DNA of 64,000 nt, from contig DAIMCS010000001.1 of the NCBI GenBank assembly GCA_036726225.1, positions 5,776 through 69,775 of the forward strand. The letters are read 5' to 3'. Below, piece by piece: positions 52,543 through 62,580 of this stretch. Position 1 is the stretch's first letter, and each line of letters starts with the position of its first letter. Origin of the DNA: Patescibacteria group bacterium (GTDB taxonomy: Bacteria; Patescibacteriota; Doudnabacteria; UBA920). The position numbers and the translations under genes were made by a program. Under the pieces are notes generated by a model that saw only the letters and a list, made by a program, of their open reading frames with translations, had not been told where the DNA came from and made no database searches.

Positions 52543-54813
52543 TTATTTACCAATTATTTGAAATTGCATTTGTTGGGTGACTGTTTTTTTCTTCAGCCCC
52601 CTGTCTTCAAGCCACTTACCCACTTCCTCCGCCTTCATAGGCTTGGCAATAAAAAAGCCCTGGGCCGCGTCGCAGCCAAGTCCGCTTAAAAAATTTAGCT
52701 GCTGGTCTGTTTCCACGCCTTCGGCCACAACTTTTATACTCATACTGTGCGCCATGGAAATAATAGCCCTTGTAATGCCTGCGTCGTGTTCGTTGGTAAT
52801 ACAATGCCTTATAAATGAGCGGTCGATTTTCAAATTATGAAACGGAAAACGTTTTAAATAGTTAAAGGAAGAATAGCCTGTGCCAAAATCATCTATGGTA
52901 ATTTTTACCCCCATCTTTTTTAGCTCTCTTAAATGAAATTCGGAAAGTTCCAAATTGCCCATTGCCAAACTTTCCGTAATTTCTATTTCCAAAGCATCCG
53001 GCTGGCAGCTAAATTCCTCCAAAAAGGCGCCTAATTGGGATATAAATTCTTCCTCTGCAAAGCTTTTGGCCGAAACATTTACTGCTATCCTAAACTTAGG
53101 GAATTCTGAGGCCTGCCAGGCTTTATACTGCCTGCAGGCTGCTTTTAAAATATAGCGGCTTAACGGTAAAATAAGGTCGCAGTCTTCTGCCAGTGGAATA
53201 AAATCTTTTGGCTGCAGCAAACCTTTTTGCGGATGCTGCCACCTTGCCAAAGCTTCCAGCGCAACTACTTTGCCGGTTTTAAGGCTAATAATGGGTTGGT
53301 AGTAAAGTAAAATCTCGTTGAGCTCAATGGCCTGCCTAAGCTCATTTTCTGTGTCCAATTTTTCTTCGGTATATGTGTCTTTTGAGCTGTCGTACAAACT
53401 GTAAGAATTCCTTCCGTTTTCTTTGGTGCGATACAAAGCCGCGTCTGCGTGCCTTTTTAGGGTATCTCTGTTTTCCCCGTCGTGAGGAAAAACCGCAATG
53501 CCAATACTGACACTCGGATAAAAAGTATGCTTTTCAATTTGCACAGGCATAGCAACGGTTTTTAAAATTTTCTCCGCCACCATTGCCGCTTCCCTGCTGG
53601 AATGGATCTCATTTAGTAAAATAACAAATTCATCGCCTCCAAAACGCGCCACAGTGTCTTCCACCCTGACGCAGGAAAGTAACCTGTTCGCCACCACTTT
53701 TAAAAAACTATCCCCCATAGCATGGCCTAAAGTATCATTTATGTCTTTAAACCTGTCTAAATCCAAAAACATTATGGCAAGAAGGCGCTTATGCCGCTTG
53801 GCAGACTCCAGGGCCTGGTCCATCCTTATGGCAAATTCTTTTCGGTTAGGCAAATTAGTTAGGGGGTCGTGAAGCGCCTGGTGTAAAATAGTTTCCTGCG
53901 CAAGTTTGCTTTCAGTAATATCACGAATATTAGCGACAATTTTGCCGCCACCGAGCTCGGGATGGTTTAGCATAGCTGCTTCCAACCAACGTATAGAGCC
54001 GTCCTTGTGCCTGTAGCGAAATTCTACAGTTTTTACATCTTTGGGATTCTGCAGCGCCTCCTGCAGATGCAAATTCACCAGGGGCATATCTTTTTCGTAA
54101 ACAAATTCCTTCAGGTTATTTTTAACTAAACTCTCCAAATTAAACCCGGTAATTTTACTTATGGACGGGCTCATATACTCAATCTCACCTTGTGAGGAAA
54201 TAAGCGCAATAATGTCGTAACTGTTTTCAATCAAAGCCTTAAATCTGTTTTTTTGGCTGTCCGCCTCCGCCCTGGCCCCTTGTTCGCTTTTAACCAGCCT
54301 ATGTATTGTAATTGCCTGAGCGGCGCTATTGCCAATAAAAGCGCAAATATTTTCATCATCCGGTCCAAAGTCGTGGGTTTGGCCAAAGCAGATAAAAATA
54401 CTTCCGTAAGAATGATTATTAAAAAAAATAGGAATTACCGCCAAACTTTTCACAAAAGGTTCTGAATCATCCCTAAAATATTTACTGGTCGGGTAATTAG
54501 TTATGAGCATTGGCTCATTATTTATCATTACCTCATTCCCGGTGCCGTGTTCCCTGGGAGCCGAAGGCTCGTAAGGAGTTGAGTTGCTTTTATAAACCAA
54601 ATTAAAAGGGCTTTGGGGGTGTTCCCTAAGCCACACAAATCCAAAATCTGCCCCCAGAGTTTTTATGCCACATTCAGTCAGCTTTTCGACTATTTTATTC
54701 TCGTCTGCTTCGCTTAGGCATTCCAGGGTGGCACGGTTTAAATAAGTAATTTTTTCAGATAGCAATTCCATATGCTGAAAATTGGTGGAGGAACTTTTGC
54801 CTAGTTCCTCCAC
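52543..54813 (-). CDS. GAF-PAS-GGDEF-EAL sensor protein (c-di-GMP cyclase/phosphodiesterase)
   Basis: RFGGDEF (GGDEF) and EALARW (EAL) motifs; PAS region (SQGEIEYMSPSISKITG). Confidence 0.85.
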   Translation of the reverse strand: MEELGKSSSTNFQHMELLSEKITYLNRATLECLSEADENKIVEKLTECGIKTLGADFGFVWLREHPQSPFNLVYKSNSTPYEPSAPREHGTGNEVMINNEPMLITNYPTSKYFRDDSEPFVKSLAVIPIFFNNHSYGSIFICFGQTHDFGPDDENICAFIGNSAAQAITIHRLVKSEQGARAEADSQKNRFKALIENSYDIIALISSQGEIEYMSPSISKITGFNLESLVKNNLKEFVYEKDMPLVNLHLQEALQNPKDVKTVEFRYRHKDGSIRWLEAAMLNHPELGGGKIVANIRDITESKLAQETILHQALHDPLTNLPNRKEFAIRMDQALESAKRHKRLLAIMFLDLDRFKDINDTLGHAMGDSFLKVVANRLLSCVRVEDTVARFGGDEFVILLNEIHSSREAAMVAEKILKTVAMPVQIEKHTFYPSVSIGIAVFPHDGENRDTLKRHADAALYRTKENGRNSYSLYDSSKDTYTEEKLDTENELRQAIELNEILLYYQPIISLKTGKVVALEALARWQHPQKGLLQPKDFIPLAEDCDLILPLSRYILKAACRQYKAWQASEFPKFRIAVNVSAKSFAEEEFISQLGAFLEEFSCQPDALEIEITESLAMGNLELSEFHLRELKKMGVKITIDDFGTGYSSFNYLKRFPFHNLKIDRSFIRHCITNEHDAGITRAIISMAHSMSIKVVAEGVETDQQLNFLSGLGCDAAQGFFIAKPMKAEEVGKWLEDRGLKKKTVTQQMQFQIIGK

Positions 54814-54818
54814 ACTCG

Positions 54819-55637
54819 TTAAAAAACGTCGGCTCTTACTATCATGGACGAAAACCTGCTGGTAGCGGATTCGTGGCTGTCCACGCTCGTTTTCTTAATT
54901 GTCCTCCCTGCTCCGACCCGTAAGTTTTCGAAGATTGCATCATCATCCAGATTGATGCTGCCCTGACGTTTGCCGCTATGCGGGGGCGTGTTGATTATGA
55001 GCACCTGGTTCTTTGGGTTTTGCAAAAGTTTTCCTATGTTCTGGATGGCTCTAATTACTACAGGCCACCTCCGACCTTCGGATAAACCAAACCCAATATG
55101 TTCGAGCACGGTACAGGCGATTAAAATCCTGGTCGTGCTTATATCCAGGCTCTCACAAACAGCAGTCGCTTCACCTAACTGCAACATCTCCTTGATTGCC
55201 CCCCTCCATGGTTTTCCCAAGGCCTTGAGCAAACCGTGTTCCGCGTTGTCTAAAGCTTCCTGTAGCCAATCTACGAAAACCGGTTTAAGTCCGTGGGCCA
55301 AGACAGCTTGTACATGGCCATAGCCTCTCCACGTTCCAACCCCAATTTCAAGACAAAGGGCAACATTATCAGTGATGACGCCACAACCTCTAACGACCTC
55401 GAGTTTTTTTTGGGTCATCCAGTGGGAGACCCCCGCTTCGCTTGCAACTGCTTGCTTGCGGCTGATGGCTTTTGAGCCGTCACGATATTCAGCTGGAAGC
55501 ATCCGCTTCCATTTTGGGCCGGTTGTTAACCTTTCTTTCCATTTTTCCCTGGCCCGCTGAAGCTCGTTGCTTAAAAGTAATTCTAACTCGAGCTCATTAT
55601 TGAGGGTCGGTTCGAACTTCAGTCCGACCTTCATTGT
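54819..55637 (-). CDS. hypothetical protein, possible class I SAM-dependent methyltransferase fold; GC-rich; co-operonic with the GGDEF-EAL gene
   Basis: SD GGAGG before ATG 55637; motif I-like ALCLEIGVGTWRGYGH and a VLEH motif; 6-nt gap to the downstream gene. Confidence 0.35.
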   Translation of the reverse strand, partial: TMKVGLKFEPTLNNELELELLLSNELQRAREKWKERLTTGPKWKRMLPAEYRDGSKAISRKQAVASEAGVSHWMTQKKLEVVRGCGVITDNVALCLEIGVGTWRGYGHVQAVLAHGLKPVFVDWLQEALDNAEHGLLKALGKPWRGAIKEMLQLGEATAVCESLDISTTRILIACTVLEHIGFGLSEGRRWPVVIRAIQNIGKLLQNPKNQVLIINTPPHSGKRQGSINLDDDAIFENLRVGAGRTIKKTSVDSHESATSRFSSMIVRADVF

Positions 55638-55739
55638 GTTACCTCCGTAAATTTGTTTACCCCACGGATGCCATATCCGCGAAGTATAGGTATTATAAAC
55701 GGACAATACCTTAAATTCAAGAAAAAACTTCCGCCATAA

Positions 55740-56135
55740 TTAATTCTCAAACAGCTGATTTTCGGCTGATTTAAGCAAGCGACCGGTGTAAATAGTGGCT
55801 ACTGCGGCAATTATTGGAATTAAAGTCGCAAAAATCCCATCTTTAAAATTCAAAACAAGTCCGCTCATAGAAACCGCCCCCAGCACCCCAAAAACAAAGT
55901 CCCAAACCCTATTGAAGTTTGACTTAGATACAAAAAGGCTTGTTAAAGCGCCATAAAGTGCCAAAATAATAAAATCCATAAAAATTTTAAAAAATATTTT
56001 ATAGCCCCGCAATAAAAGCATTTTGCTTTTCCTCCAAAGTTTCCTCCAAAACCTTGCGAGGCTATAAAATACCTCAAATTTAAGGAATAAAAAACAAAAA
56101 ACCGCACTATCTAAAGAGATGTCCGGTTTCGCCAT
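55740..56135 (-). CDS. hypothetical membrane protein
   Basis: Hydrophobic, 3-4 TM. Confidence 0.4.
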   Translation of the reverse strand: MAKPDISLDSAVFCFLFLKFEVFYSLARFWRKLWRKSKMLLLRGYKIFFKIFMDFIILALYGALTSLFVSKSNFNRVWDFVFGVLGAVSMSGLVLNFKDGIFATLIPIIAAVATIYTGRLLKSAENQLFEN

Positions 56136-56312
56136 TGGCCTAGCTGCAATCTAAGGCGACCAAATACTGAATTGCAGGTTACGGGCTTACAAAAAATATT
56201 TAATTTATCTAATAATACTAAATTAAAACTTTAACGTCAAATAAAGATTTTCAATTTTCCCCTATTTTCTACAAATTGTCCACAAATTAAGCACAAAATC
56301 CTGTGTATAACT

Positions 56313-56711
56313 TCAAACCGGCTGGGTGCAATGCGAACAACGGCTGGCTTCTTTGGGAATTTCGCTTAGGCACTCGGGGCATTTTTTAGTGGAAGGATCC
56401 GCGGGCGGTTCTTTGTGGACTTTAGACATTAGAATGTTCATGGGCGTAACAACAAAAAAATAAATTGTTACGGCAATAAGCACAAATGAAATTATTGCAT
56501 TTAAAAATTCCCCGACTAAAAATTTGCTGCCGTTTATGCTAAAGCTAATGCCGGAAAAATCCGGGGTCCCAAAAATTGCTCCGACCAGCGGGGTAATTAG
56601 GCCCTTAACAAATGAACTGACAACCGAACCAAAAGCCGCGCCCACGGCTAACCCCACGGCCAAATCCACCACATTGCCTCTTAAAATAAATTGTTTAAAA
56701 CCTTTCAGCAT
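56313..56711 (-). CDS. mscL: large-conductance mechanosensitive channel MscL with a C-terminal zinc-ribbon (CPEC…CSHC) extension
   Basis: MLKGFKQFILRGNVVDLAVGLAVGAAFG signature; C-terminal KCPECLSEIPKEASRCSHCTQPV. Confidence 0.85.
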   Translation of the reverse strand: MLKGFKQFILRGNVVDLAVGLAVGAAFGSVVSSFVKGLITPLVGAIFGTPDFSGISFSINGSKFLVGEFLNAIISFVLIAVTIYFFVVTPMNILMSKVHKEPPADPSTKKCPECLSEIPKEASRCSHCTQPV

Positions 56712-56756
56712 TTTTTCAAGTATACAGTAAACAGTATACTGTATACAGATTACTGT
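56712..56756. promoter_or_regulatory. palindromic operator-like sequence upstream of mscL (CAGTAAACAG…TATACTGTATAC…CTGTTTACTG)
   Basis: 10-bp inverted arms around a TATAC-containing core, located between the SLT stop and the mscL start. Confidence 0.35.
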
Positions 56757-58097
56757 TTACTGATTTAAATCTTCAATATCCTTTTGGTATTTTTCCGCTG
56801 TTGCCATGACATTGTCGCCATAAAAACGGTAGCGCGTATTGGTCGAGCCTGAAAAATACCGCATAGCCGCATTCCACTCGCCTTTGTAAGTGCCGTCCGC
56901 TCCCCCGGCCCTAAGCTTAACCGCAGCGGCAATAAAAGCGTCGCGAATATCCCAGGGGTTGGCCGGCTTGCCGGTAATTTCCGCAACTTTGTCTTTATAA
57001 GCAACCCAGGTGGAAGGAATGAACTGCGCCGGACCCATAGCGCCTCCCCAACCAATTTGTTTGCCCCGCTTATCCCTCATAGGACAGGAAACCGGGGTGG
57101 TGTTCGGGTCCAAACCCAAGTCCGAAGTAATTTGCAAAAACGGCTTTTGGTCCCTGTCCGGCTTCATAATTACCAGCCAGCTTTTTTCCGGCGGGTCTCC
57201 CGGGCGGTTACAGGTGCCCACATTTTTTCCTAAATTGGATTCCTGGGTCAAAATAGCCAGCAAAAAAGCCGGCCGAATCCCGGTATTTTGAGAAACCCAA
57301 TTGGCAATTTTTAAAGCTTCACCAAATGTAATTTGCGAGGATATGCCAAGCAGCTGGTAAATGCGGCTTTGGATTTCACCGGCTCTGCGCTTGGTATCGT
57401 TAAGCACAATTTGGTAGTCCGCTTCCCTGCCCTTGGTCTGCGTGAGCAAAACGTTTTGCACGCTTACGGTTTCCGAAAGTTCGCCCTGCTGCAGCACTTT
57501 TATGGACAACAAATTCCTTGCCGCCTCCTGGTCCTGTGTTAATTCCTCCTGCTGTTTTGCAAGCTCAATATTTGCCTGCCTTAAGTCTTGCGCCACGGTG
57601 GCCAAGCTGTCGGAAATTTGGGCGTAATCGTGGTAGGCGGAAAACACGTCGGAAAGTTTCTGTTTGGAAACAACAGTGTATAAAAATGGATAAGAATCTT
57701 TTTGGCTAATGGTCCTAATTATTTCCGCCATTTGCTGCTTCATCCGTTTGGTGCGCTCAATATTTTGGACTATGGATTGTTCAGCGGTTTCAATTTGCTC
57801 GCCCAGGTTATTAACCTGAAGGTTTGTGGATTTAATTTGCAAACCCAAAACGTCCTGCTGTTTTTTTAAGGCTTTAACCTTGTTAGTCAAAGTATTTTTT
57901 TCCGCCTGGGTTTGGCTTAATTGCTGCTGGACAGCTTCAATTTCTTTTTGAATTTCAGCAAGTTGCTTTTCTAATTCCGCCTGAATGGCCGGATCGTTTT
58001 GCACTGTTTCCTGGGCTATAGAAAAAATTGGTCCGGATATTAAGCAAAAAACCGCCAAAACAGCAACAAAAATAAATTTAATACTCAATTTTTGCAT
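56757..58097 (-). CDS. coiled-coil protein with C-terminal lytic transglycosylase (SLT / lysozyme-like) domain
   Basis: Signal/TM; long coiled coil; LAILTQESNLGKN…GAMGPAQFIPSTW SLT motifs. Confidence 0.7.
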   Translation of the reverse strand: MQKLSIKFIFVAVLAVFCLISGPIFSIAQETVQNDPAIQAELEKQLAEIQKEIEAVQQQLSQTQAEKNTLTNKVKALKKQQDVLGLQIKSTNLQVNNLGEQIETAEQSIVQNIERTKRMKQQMAEIIRTISQKDSYPFLYTVVSKQKLSDVFSAYHDYAQISDSLATVAQDLRQANIELAKQQEELTQDQEAARNLLSIKVLQQGELSETVSVQNVLLTQTKGREADYQIVLNDTKRRAGEIQSRIYQLLGISSQITFGEALKIANWVSQNTGIRPAFLLAILTQESNLGKNVGTCNRPGDPPEKSWLVIMKPDRDQKPFLQITSDLGLDPNTTPVSCPMRDKRGKQIGWGGAMGPAQFIPSTWVAYKDKVAEITGKPANPWDIRDAFIAAAVKLRAGGADGTYKGEWNAAMRYFSGSTNTRYRFYGDNVMATAEKYQKDIEDLNQ

Positions 58098-58213
58098 ATC
58101 ATTCTTATTTTAGCATACCCCTGGAGTTTGGCCGTTAAAAAATATCAACAACACAAATTTTCACCATAAAATGTTAAACCCCCTCGTCCTAAAATGGATG
58201 GAGGGGGTTTAAA

Positions 58214-58333
58214 CTAAGGTAGCTTTTCCCATATGCGATTTTTCTCGTTTTCTACTTAATTGTAGATGTCAGGTATAAGCACCTGTAGGCTTTATCGACT
58301 CCCGCTTGTGCGGGATTTAGAAAAGCTACCTAG
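58214..58333. repeat. inverted-repeat element (TAAGGTAGCTTTTC … GAAAAGCTACCTAG) enclosing a TCCCGCttgtGCGGGA hairpin, in a 430-bp non-coding gap
   Basis: 13/14-bp long-range IR; core hairpin of the TTCCCGC…GCGGGAA family. Confidence 0.5.
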
Positions 58334-58533
58334 GCACACCATAACCTGTTAGTCATCTATTACTTTCCTTTCTACTTATATTATCGCGCTTGCCCTATAA
58401 ATGTGTCAACCCAAAAAATCCGCCCAAAATATGAGCGGATTTGAATGCGGTGGATAAACTGTTTATAATGAATTGATAAAAAATAAGGAAGCCCCATGAA
58501 CTGATCACAGCTCGCGGGGCTTTCTTGTCTTCT

Positions 58534-59007
58534 TCAAGAACTCGGCGGAACCAGAATGTAAAACTGATATTTGTGATCTCCCAATAGGTCTCTCAATGCG
58601 ATGGCCCATCCTTCTTGTCTAAGCATCGTATTGAGAGGTTCCAAATTCCACGGTTTCAAACTCAGATTCGCAACAGGTGTCGGTGCATTGGAGGACTTTA
58701 CGAAACTCTCAACAATCCTCCTGTGCCTGTCAGTCTTCACAATGTCCAACAATTTTGCGACCTCGGAGGTTTTTGCCGCCCGCAAGATCCTCATTCTTTG
58801 ATGCTTAGGCCACCTGTAACGCCCAATCTCGGTTGTTAGTAGCGAGACCTTAACTTCCAACGGCTCTAACATAACTACTTCCGCGTCACAAGTCACTTCT
58901 ATCTTCAGATGCTCATTCGGTGCTAAGCTAGAAGCCAATTCGTCTCGGAGTTTATCTTCAAACTCCTTGGCCAACCTTGCAACAATCACTCGCTGTTCTT
59001 TATTCAT
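58534..59007 (-). CDS. hypothetical protein, GC-rich
   Basis: SD GGAGGA before ATG 59007; terminator hairpin AAGCCCC…GGGGCTT at about 58480-58520; no domain recognized. Confidence 0.4.
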   Translation of the reverse strand: MNKEQRVIVARLAKEFEDKLRDELASSLAPNEHLKIEVTCDAEVVMLEPLEVKVSLLTTEIGRYRWPKHQRMRILRAAKTSEVAKLLDIVKTDRHRRIVESFVKSSNAPTPVANLSLKPWNLEPLNTMLRQEGWAIALRDLLGDHKYQFYILVPPSS

Positions 59008-59040
59008 TACTCCTCCTAAAAAGACATTAAACAGTATCAC

Positions 59041-59069
59041 AAAAAACAGGGCCTGTAAAGCCCTGTTTT
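59041..59069 (-). terminator. rpoD terminator (AACAGGGC ctgtaaa GCCCTGTT plus T-run on minus strand)
   Basis: 8-bp stem plus TTTTTT. Confidence 0.6.
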
Positions 59070-59134
59070 AGAAAGAGATTCCTCGCTCGTCCGCCAACTG
59101 GCGGAGCACTCGCTCGGAATGACGCCGTGAGGGG

Positions 59135-60436
59135 TTAATAATCCCTAAGTTTATTTATATCAATATGTTCGCGTATGCGCTCTAACGCCTTGCTCTCGAT
59201 TTGCCTAATGCGTTCGCGGGTAACGCCGAACTCTTCGCCCACTTCTTCCAAAGTATGAGTAACGCCGTCTTCCAACCCAAAACGCATTTTTAAAATTTTC
59301 TGCTCGCGTGGATCAAGGTCGTTTAAAATTCCGCCCACGTATTCTTTTAAAATTTGCCTGCCGGCAACTTCGTTGGGCTTTGTGGTATCTTCGTCTACTA
59401 TAAAATCTCCAAGCGATGAGTCTTCGCCTTCATCTTCCCCAACGGGTGAGTCTATGGAAACGGTTTCCTGCGAAATTTTCTTTAGATGATAAACCTTTTC
59501 CACCTCTATGCCCATTTCCGCGGCAATCTCTTCGGGCAGCGGTTCACGTCCCAAATCTTGCACCAAAGATCTTTCGGCCTGTGCATATTTGTTTAAAGTT
59601 TCCACCATATGCACCGGAATGCGAATGGTGCGGCTCTGGTCTGCCAGTGCGCGGGTAATGGCCTGGCGAATCCACCACGTGGCGTAGGTTGAAAATTTGT
59701 AACCTTTAGTCCAGTCAAACTTTTCTACCGCTCTAAACAGTCCTAGATTTCCTTCCTGGATTAAGTCCAAAAGGCCAAGGTTGCGGCCCATATATTTTTT
59801 TGCAATTGATACAACCAAACGCAGGTTAGCTTCCGTAAGTTTTTTGCGCGCGGCTACGTCGCCCTTTGCAATTCTTTTGGCTAAATCCACTTCTTCTTCA
59901 CCTTTAAGCAGCGGCACTTTACCAATCTCACGCAAATACATTTGAATGCTGTCGTCGTAAATATCGCCCAAATCAAAAGCGTCTACAGCTTCTTCCTGCT
60001 TCTTTTTCCTGCCTTTTCCTTTAGTAGTCGGCGCTTCGGTTTCTTGGGCGGGTTTGTTCTGCTCCCACACACTGGCAACCTCCTGGTCAACAATTTCAAT
60101 ACCGCGCTTCTCCAACAGGCTCATTACATTTTCTAACTGTTTTACGTCATCTTCAAAATACGGGAGCGCATGCAAAATTTCCGCTTCCGTTACAAAGCCC
60201 CGCTCGCCTGCTTTGGCCATAAGTTTAACCAGCAACTTTTCGGTATCTACAACCGGAGCAGCCACAGGTAAACCGGCCTGGGCAGCTTTGGCACCCAAAG
60301 CCTTTGCTTTTGCTTTCAAACGCTTTTTAATAAACTTCTGCGCTTTGCGTTTAGCCTTTTTCCCGGGCCTTAATTTTTTAAGTTTTGACTTTCCGCCAAA
60401 GGCGGATCCACCTCTGGTGGACTTTTTCTTAGCCAT
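59135..60436 (-). CDS. rpoD: RNA polymerase sigma-70 factor RpoD with a basic N-terminal extension containing a hairpin-encoded [10 protein letters not shown] segment
   Basis: Regions 1.2-4 (…[13 protein letters not shown]…; region 4.2 [22 protein letters not shown]). Confidence 0.9.
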   Translation of the reverse strand: MAKKKSTRGGSAFGGKSKLKKLRPGKKAKRKAQKFIKKRLKAKAKALGAKAAQAGLPVAAPVVDTEKLLVKLMAKAGERGFVTEAEILHALPYFEDDVKQLENVMSLLEKRGIEIVDQEVASVWEQNKPAQETEAPTTKGKGRKKKQEEAVDAFDLGDIYDDSIQMYLREIGKVPLLKGEEEVDLAKRIAKGDVAARKKLTEANLRLVVSIAKKYMGRNLGLLDLIQEGNLGLFRAVEKFDWTKGYKFSTYATWWIRQAITRALADQSRTIRIPVHMVETLNKYAQAERSLVQDLGREPLPEEIAAEMGIEVEKVYHLKKISQETVSIDSPVGEDEGEDSSLGDFIVDEDTTKPNEVAGRQILKEYVGGILNDLDPREQKILKMRFGLEDGVTHTLEEVGEEFGVTRERIRQIESKALERIREHIDINKLRDY

Positions 60437-60538
60437 AAAAAAATGCCGCTCTTACTACTTTATAACTTTATAAATATTAAAACTTTATCCCTACGAAAAA
60501 TATAGTCGGGATCCCGACATTGCTATCGTCGGGATAAC

Positions 60539-62305
60539 TTAAATATATTTTTCAAAAGCCATTCGCTCTTCTAAAACCTGCGCAAAATTTTTGTTGAGTT
60601 CCTCCAACCTTTCTTTTTTGCCTTCAGTTTCCGCAGACTTGATTTCAGCCTGCAACTGTTGCTGCCTTCTTTTAAGCGCTAAAACTTTGAGCAAAGCAAA
60701 AGATTTTTCTAAAAGTCGTTTAAGGCGGGTTTGGTCGCCTTCCAATTCTTCCAACTGTGATTCTACCATAAATAACGCTTCTTTGGCTAATGCTGATTCG
60801 GGACTACTGTCCTTCTTCTCCATAAGGGCAACCACCAGGCCACCAACCTCTTTGTCCTCAAAATCCTCTACATTTAGCTTACCTAAGACCGATTCCAAAA
60901 AATCAGGAAAAAAAAGCAACCCACCCAGCACTTCTTTTTGCAAAAGCAAACCAGGCACAGCCGATTTGTTCTCCTGTGTACTGTCTACTGTGTACTGTCT
61001 ACTGTGTACTGTTTGCTGTGTACTGTTTGCAGATCTTACCTGCTCCCGTATCACCTTTTCCGAAATAGAAAATTGCCTTGCCAGCTTGTTTATATAATGG
61101 TCCTGCTCTAAAGGGTCTAATGTAAAACCCAAAAAAGGAATAACTTCTTTACTCAAATAATGTTTTTGCTCAACTGAGCCGGCGGCAAATTGCGTTTGAG
61201 CTAAATCTATATAGTTGTCCAAAAACCAAACCGCTTCACTAACAGCTTTTTCCCACAGCCCGGGGGATTTTTTAATTAACTCGTCGGGGTCCTTAACATT
61301 TTTCAGCACAATTAGCTTTAACCTAAATCCGCTTCTAAGCGCCATTTCCCCCGCCCGCCTTGCCGCGGCAAGCCCGGCTTGGTCTGAATCAAAACAAAAT
61401 TTTAAATTTTTAGTCAGCCTTGAAAGCTGCACCAGCTGCGTCTCGGTTAACGCCGTACCCGAAGATGCGACAGTGTTGGCAAAGCCTGCTTGGTGGCAGG
61501 CAATGCAGTCCATTTGCCCTTCCACAATTACAGCTTCGTCTTTTTTTCGAATTGAGTCTTTGGCAAAATTTAAGCCAAACAAAATTTTGCTTTTGTTGTA
61601 GATAGAAGTTTCCGGACTATTTACATACTTTGCAGATTTTCCGTCATCATTTAAAATCCTAGCCGAGAATCCGACTGTCTCGCCAAAATAATCATAAATA
61701 GGAAAAGTAATTCTTCCCCTAAATCTATCGTACATCTGGCCTCTTTCGTTCTTAGCCGAAACGCCGGCTTTTACTAAATCGGCCGCGGAAACTTTTTTTG
61801 TGGCCAAAGCTTTTTCTAAACTATGGAAGTCGTCCGGCGCAAAGCCAATTTGCCAGTTGTCGATAGTTTTTTGCGACAGTCCGCGTTGCTCCAAATAAGC
61901 CAAAGCAGGTTTTCCGCGTTTGTCCTCGAGCAAGATTTTATTATAAAACCTTGCAGCAAAATCATTTATGCGCAAAAGCAATTCTTTTTCATCGACCTGC
62001 TGTTTATTTTCAGGTCTAAAAGTCGGGAGCTTAACTCCGGCCTTGTCAGCCAAAATTTTAAGCGCATCTTTAAAATCTAAATTTTCATATTTCCTTACAA
62101 AACCAAAAACATCCCCGCCTTCCCCGCAACCAAAGCAATGCCAAATTTGTTTTTGCGGCGAGATAATGAGTGAGGGAGTTTTTTCATGATGAAAAGGACA
62201 AGGCGCCTTGTAGTTGACGCCTGCCTTTTTTACCGGAATATAACCGCCGATGATGTCCGCAATGTTCAGCCGGTCTTTTATATCTTGTAAAACTGAATCT
62301 TGCAT
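60539..62305 (-). CDS. dnaG: DNA primase DnaG
   Basis: Zinc-binding CPFHHEKTPSLIISPQKQIWHCFGCGEGGD, TOPRIM core; located upstream of rpoD (conserved dnaG-rpoD pair). Confidence 0.9.
   Translation of the reverse strand: MQDSVLQDIKDRLNIADIIGGYIPVKKAGVNYKAPCPFHHEKTPSLIISPQKQIWHCFGCGEGGDVFGFVRKYENLDFKDALKILADKAGVKLPTFRPENKQQVDEKELLLRINDFAARFYNKILLEDKRGKPALAYLEQRGLSQKTIDNWQIGFAPDDFHSLEKALATKKVSAADLVKAGVSAKNERGQMYDRFRGRITFPIYDYFGETVGFSARILNDDGKSAKYVNSPETSIYNKSKILFGLNFAKDSIRKKDEAVIVEGQMDCIACHQAGFANTVASSGTALTETQLVQLSRLTKNLKFCFDSDQAGLAAARRAGEMALRSGFRLKLIVLKNVKDPDELIKKSPGLWEKAVSEAVWFLDNYIDLAQTQFAAGSVEQKHYLSKEVIPFLGFTLDPLEQDHYINKLARQFSISEKVIREQVRSANSTQQTVHSRQYTVDSTQENKSAVPGLLLQKEVLGGLLFFPDFLESVLGKLNVEDFEDKEVGGLVVALMEKKDSSPESALAKEALFMVESQLEELEGDQTRLKRLLEKSFALLKVLALKRRQQQLQAEIKSAETEGKKERLEELNKNFAQVLEERMAFEKYI
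60975..61030. repeat. 14-bp tandem repeat x4 (tgtgtactgtctac x2, tgtgtactgtttgc x2) inside the dnaG linker region
   Basis: Direct reading; encodes …TQQTVHSRQYTVDSTQ… on the minus strand. Confidence 0.8.
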
Positions 62306-62315
62306 AAAAAAGTTG

Positions 62316-62407
62316 AGTCATCCCGACCGAAGTGGAGGGATCCCTTTAATCTAGTATTTAAGATTCCCGCCTTCGCCTGCCTACCGCAGGCAGGCGGGAA
62401 TGACATT
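62316..62407. mobile_element. MITE-like element (GTCATCCCGACC … nested TTCCCGCCttcgCCTGCCTACCGCAGGCAGGCGGGAATGACAT)
   Basis: Terminal GTCATCC/GGAATGAC IRs; nested hairpins shared with 37361-37433 and with the E3/E4 CCTGCC…GGCAGG palindromes. Confidence 0.5.
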
Positions 62408-62490
62408 GTTATTCTAGCTTATTTTGCTATATTGACAAAATAGGCCTTTTTGTGATATAATATTAGGTTAGTATAAATAGTTGATTTTTA

Positions 62491-62580
62491 TGTCGTCCCG
62501 GAATCGCAATTTATTGCGATATCCGGGATCTAAGGCCCTGGCTTTGTTTTTCTGGATTCCCGCCTTCGCGGGAATGGACA
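62491..62580. mobile_element. MITE-like element (TGTCGTCCCGGAATCGCAAtttatTGCGATATCCGGGAT … TTCCCGCcttcGCGGGAATGGACA)
   Basis: Two hairpin modules, both with paralogs elsewhere in the window. Confidence 0.5.

Noticed and set aside
56712-56756. LexA/SOS box upstream of mscL
   Set aside because: It contains CTGT and ACAG words but does not match CTGT-N8-ACAG spacing. It is kept only as a generic palindromic operator candidate.
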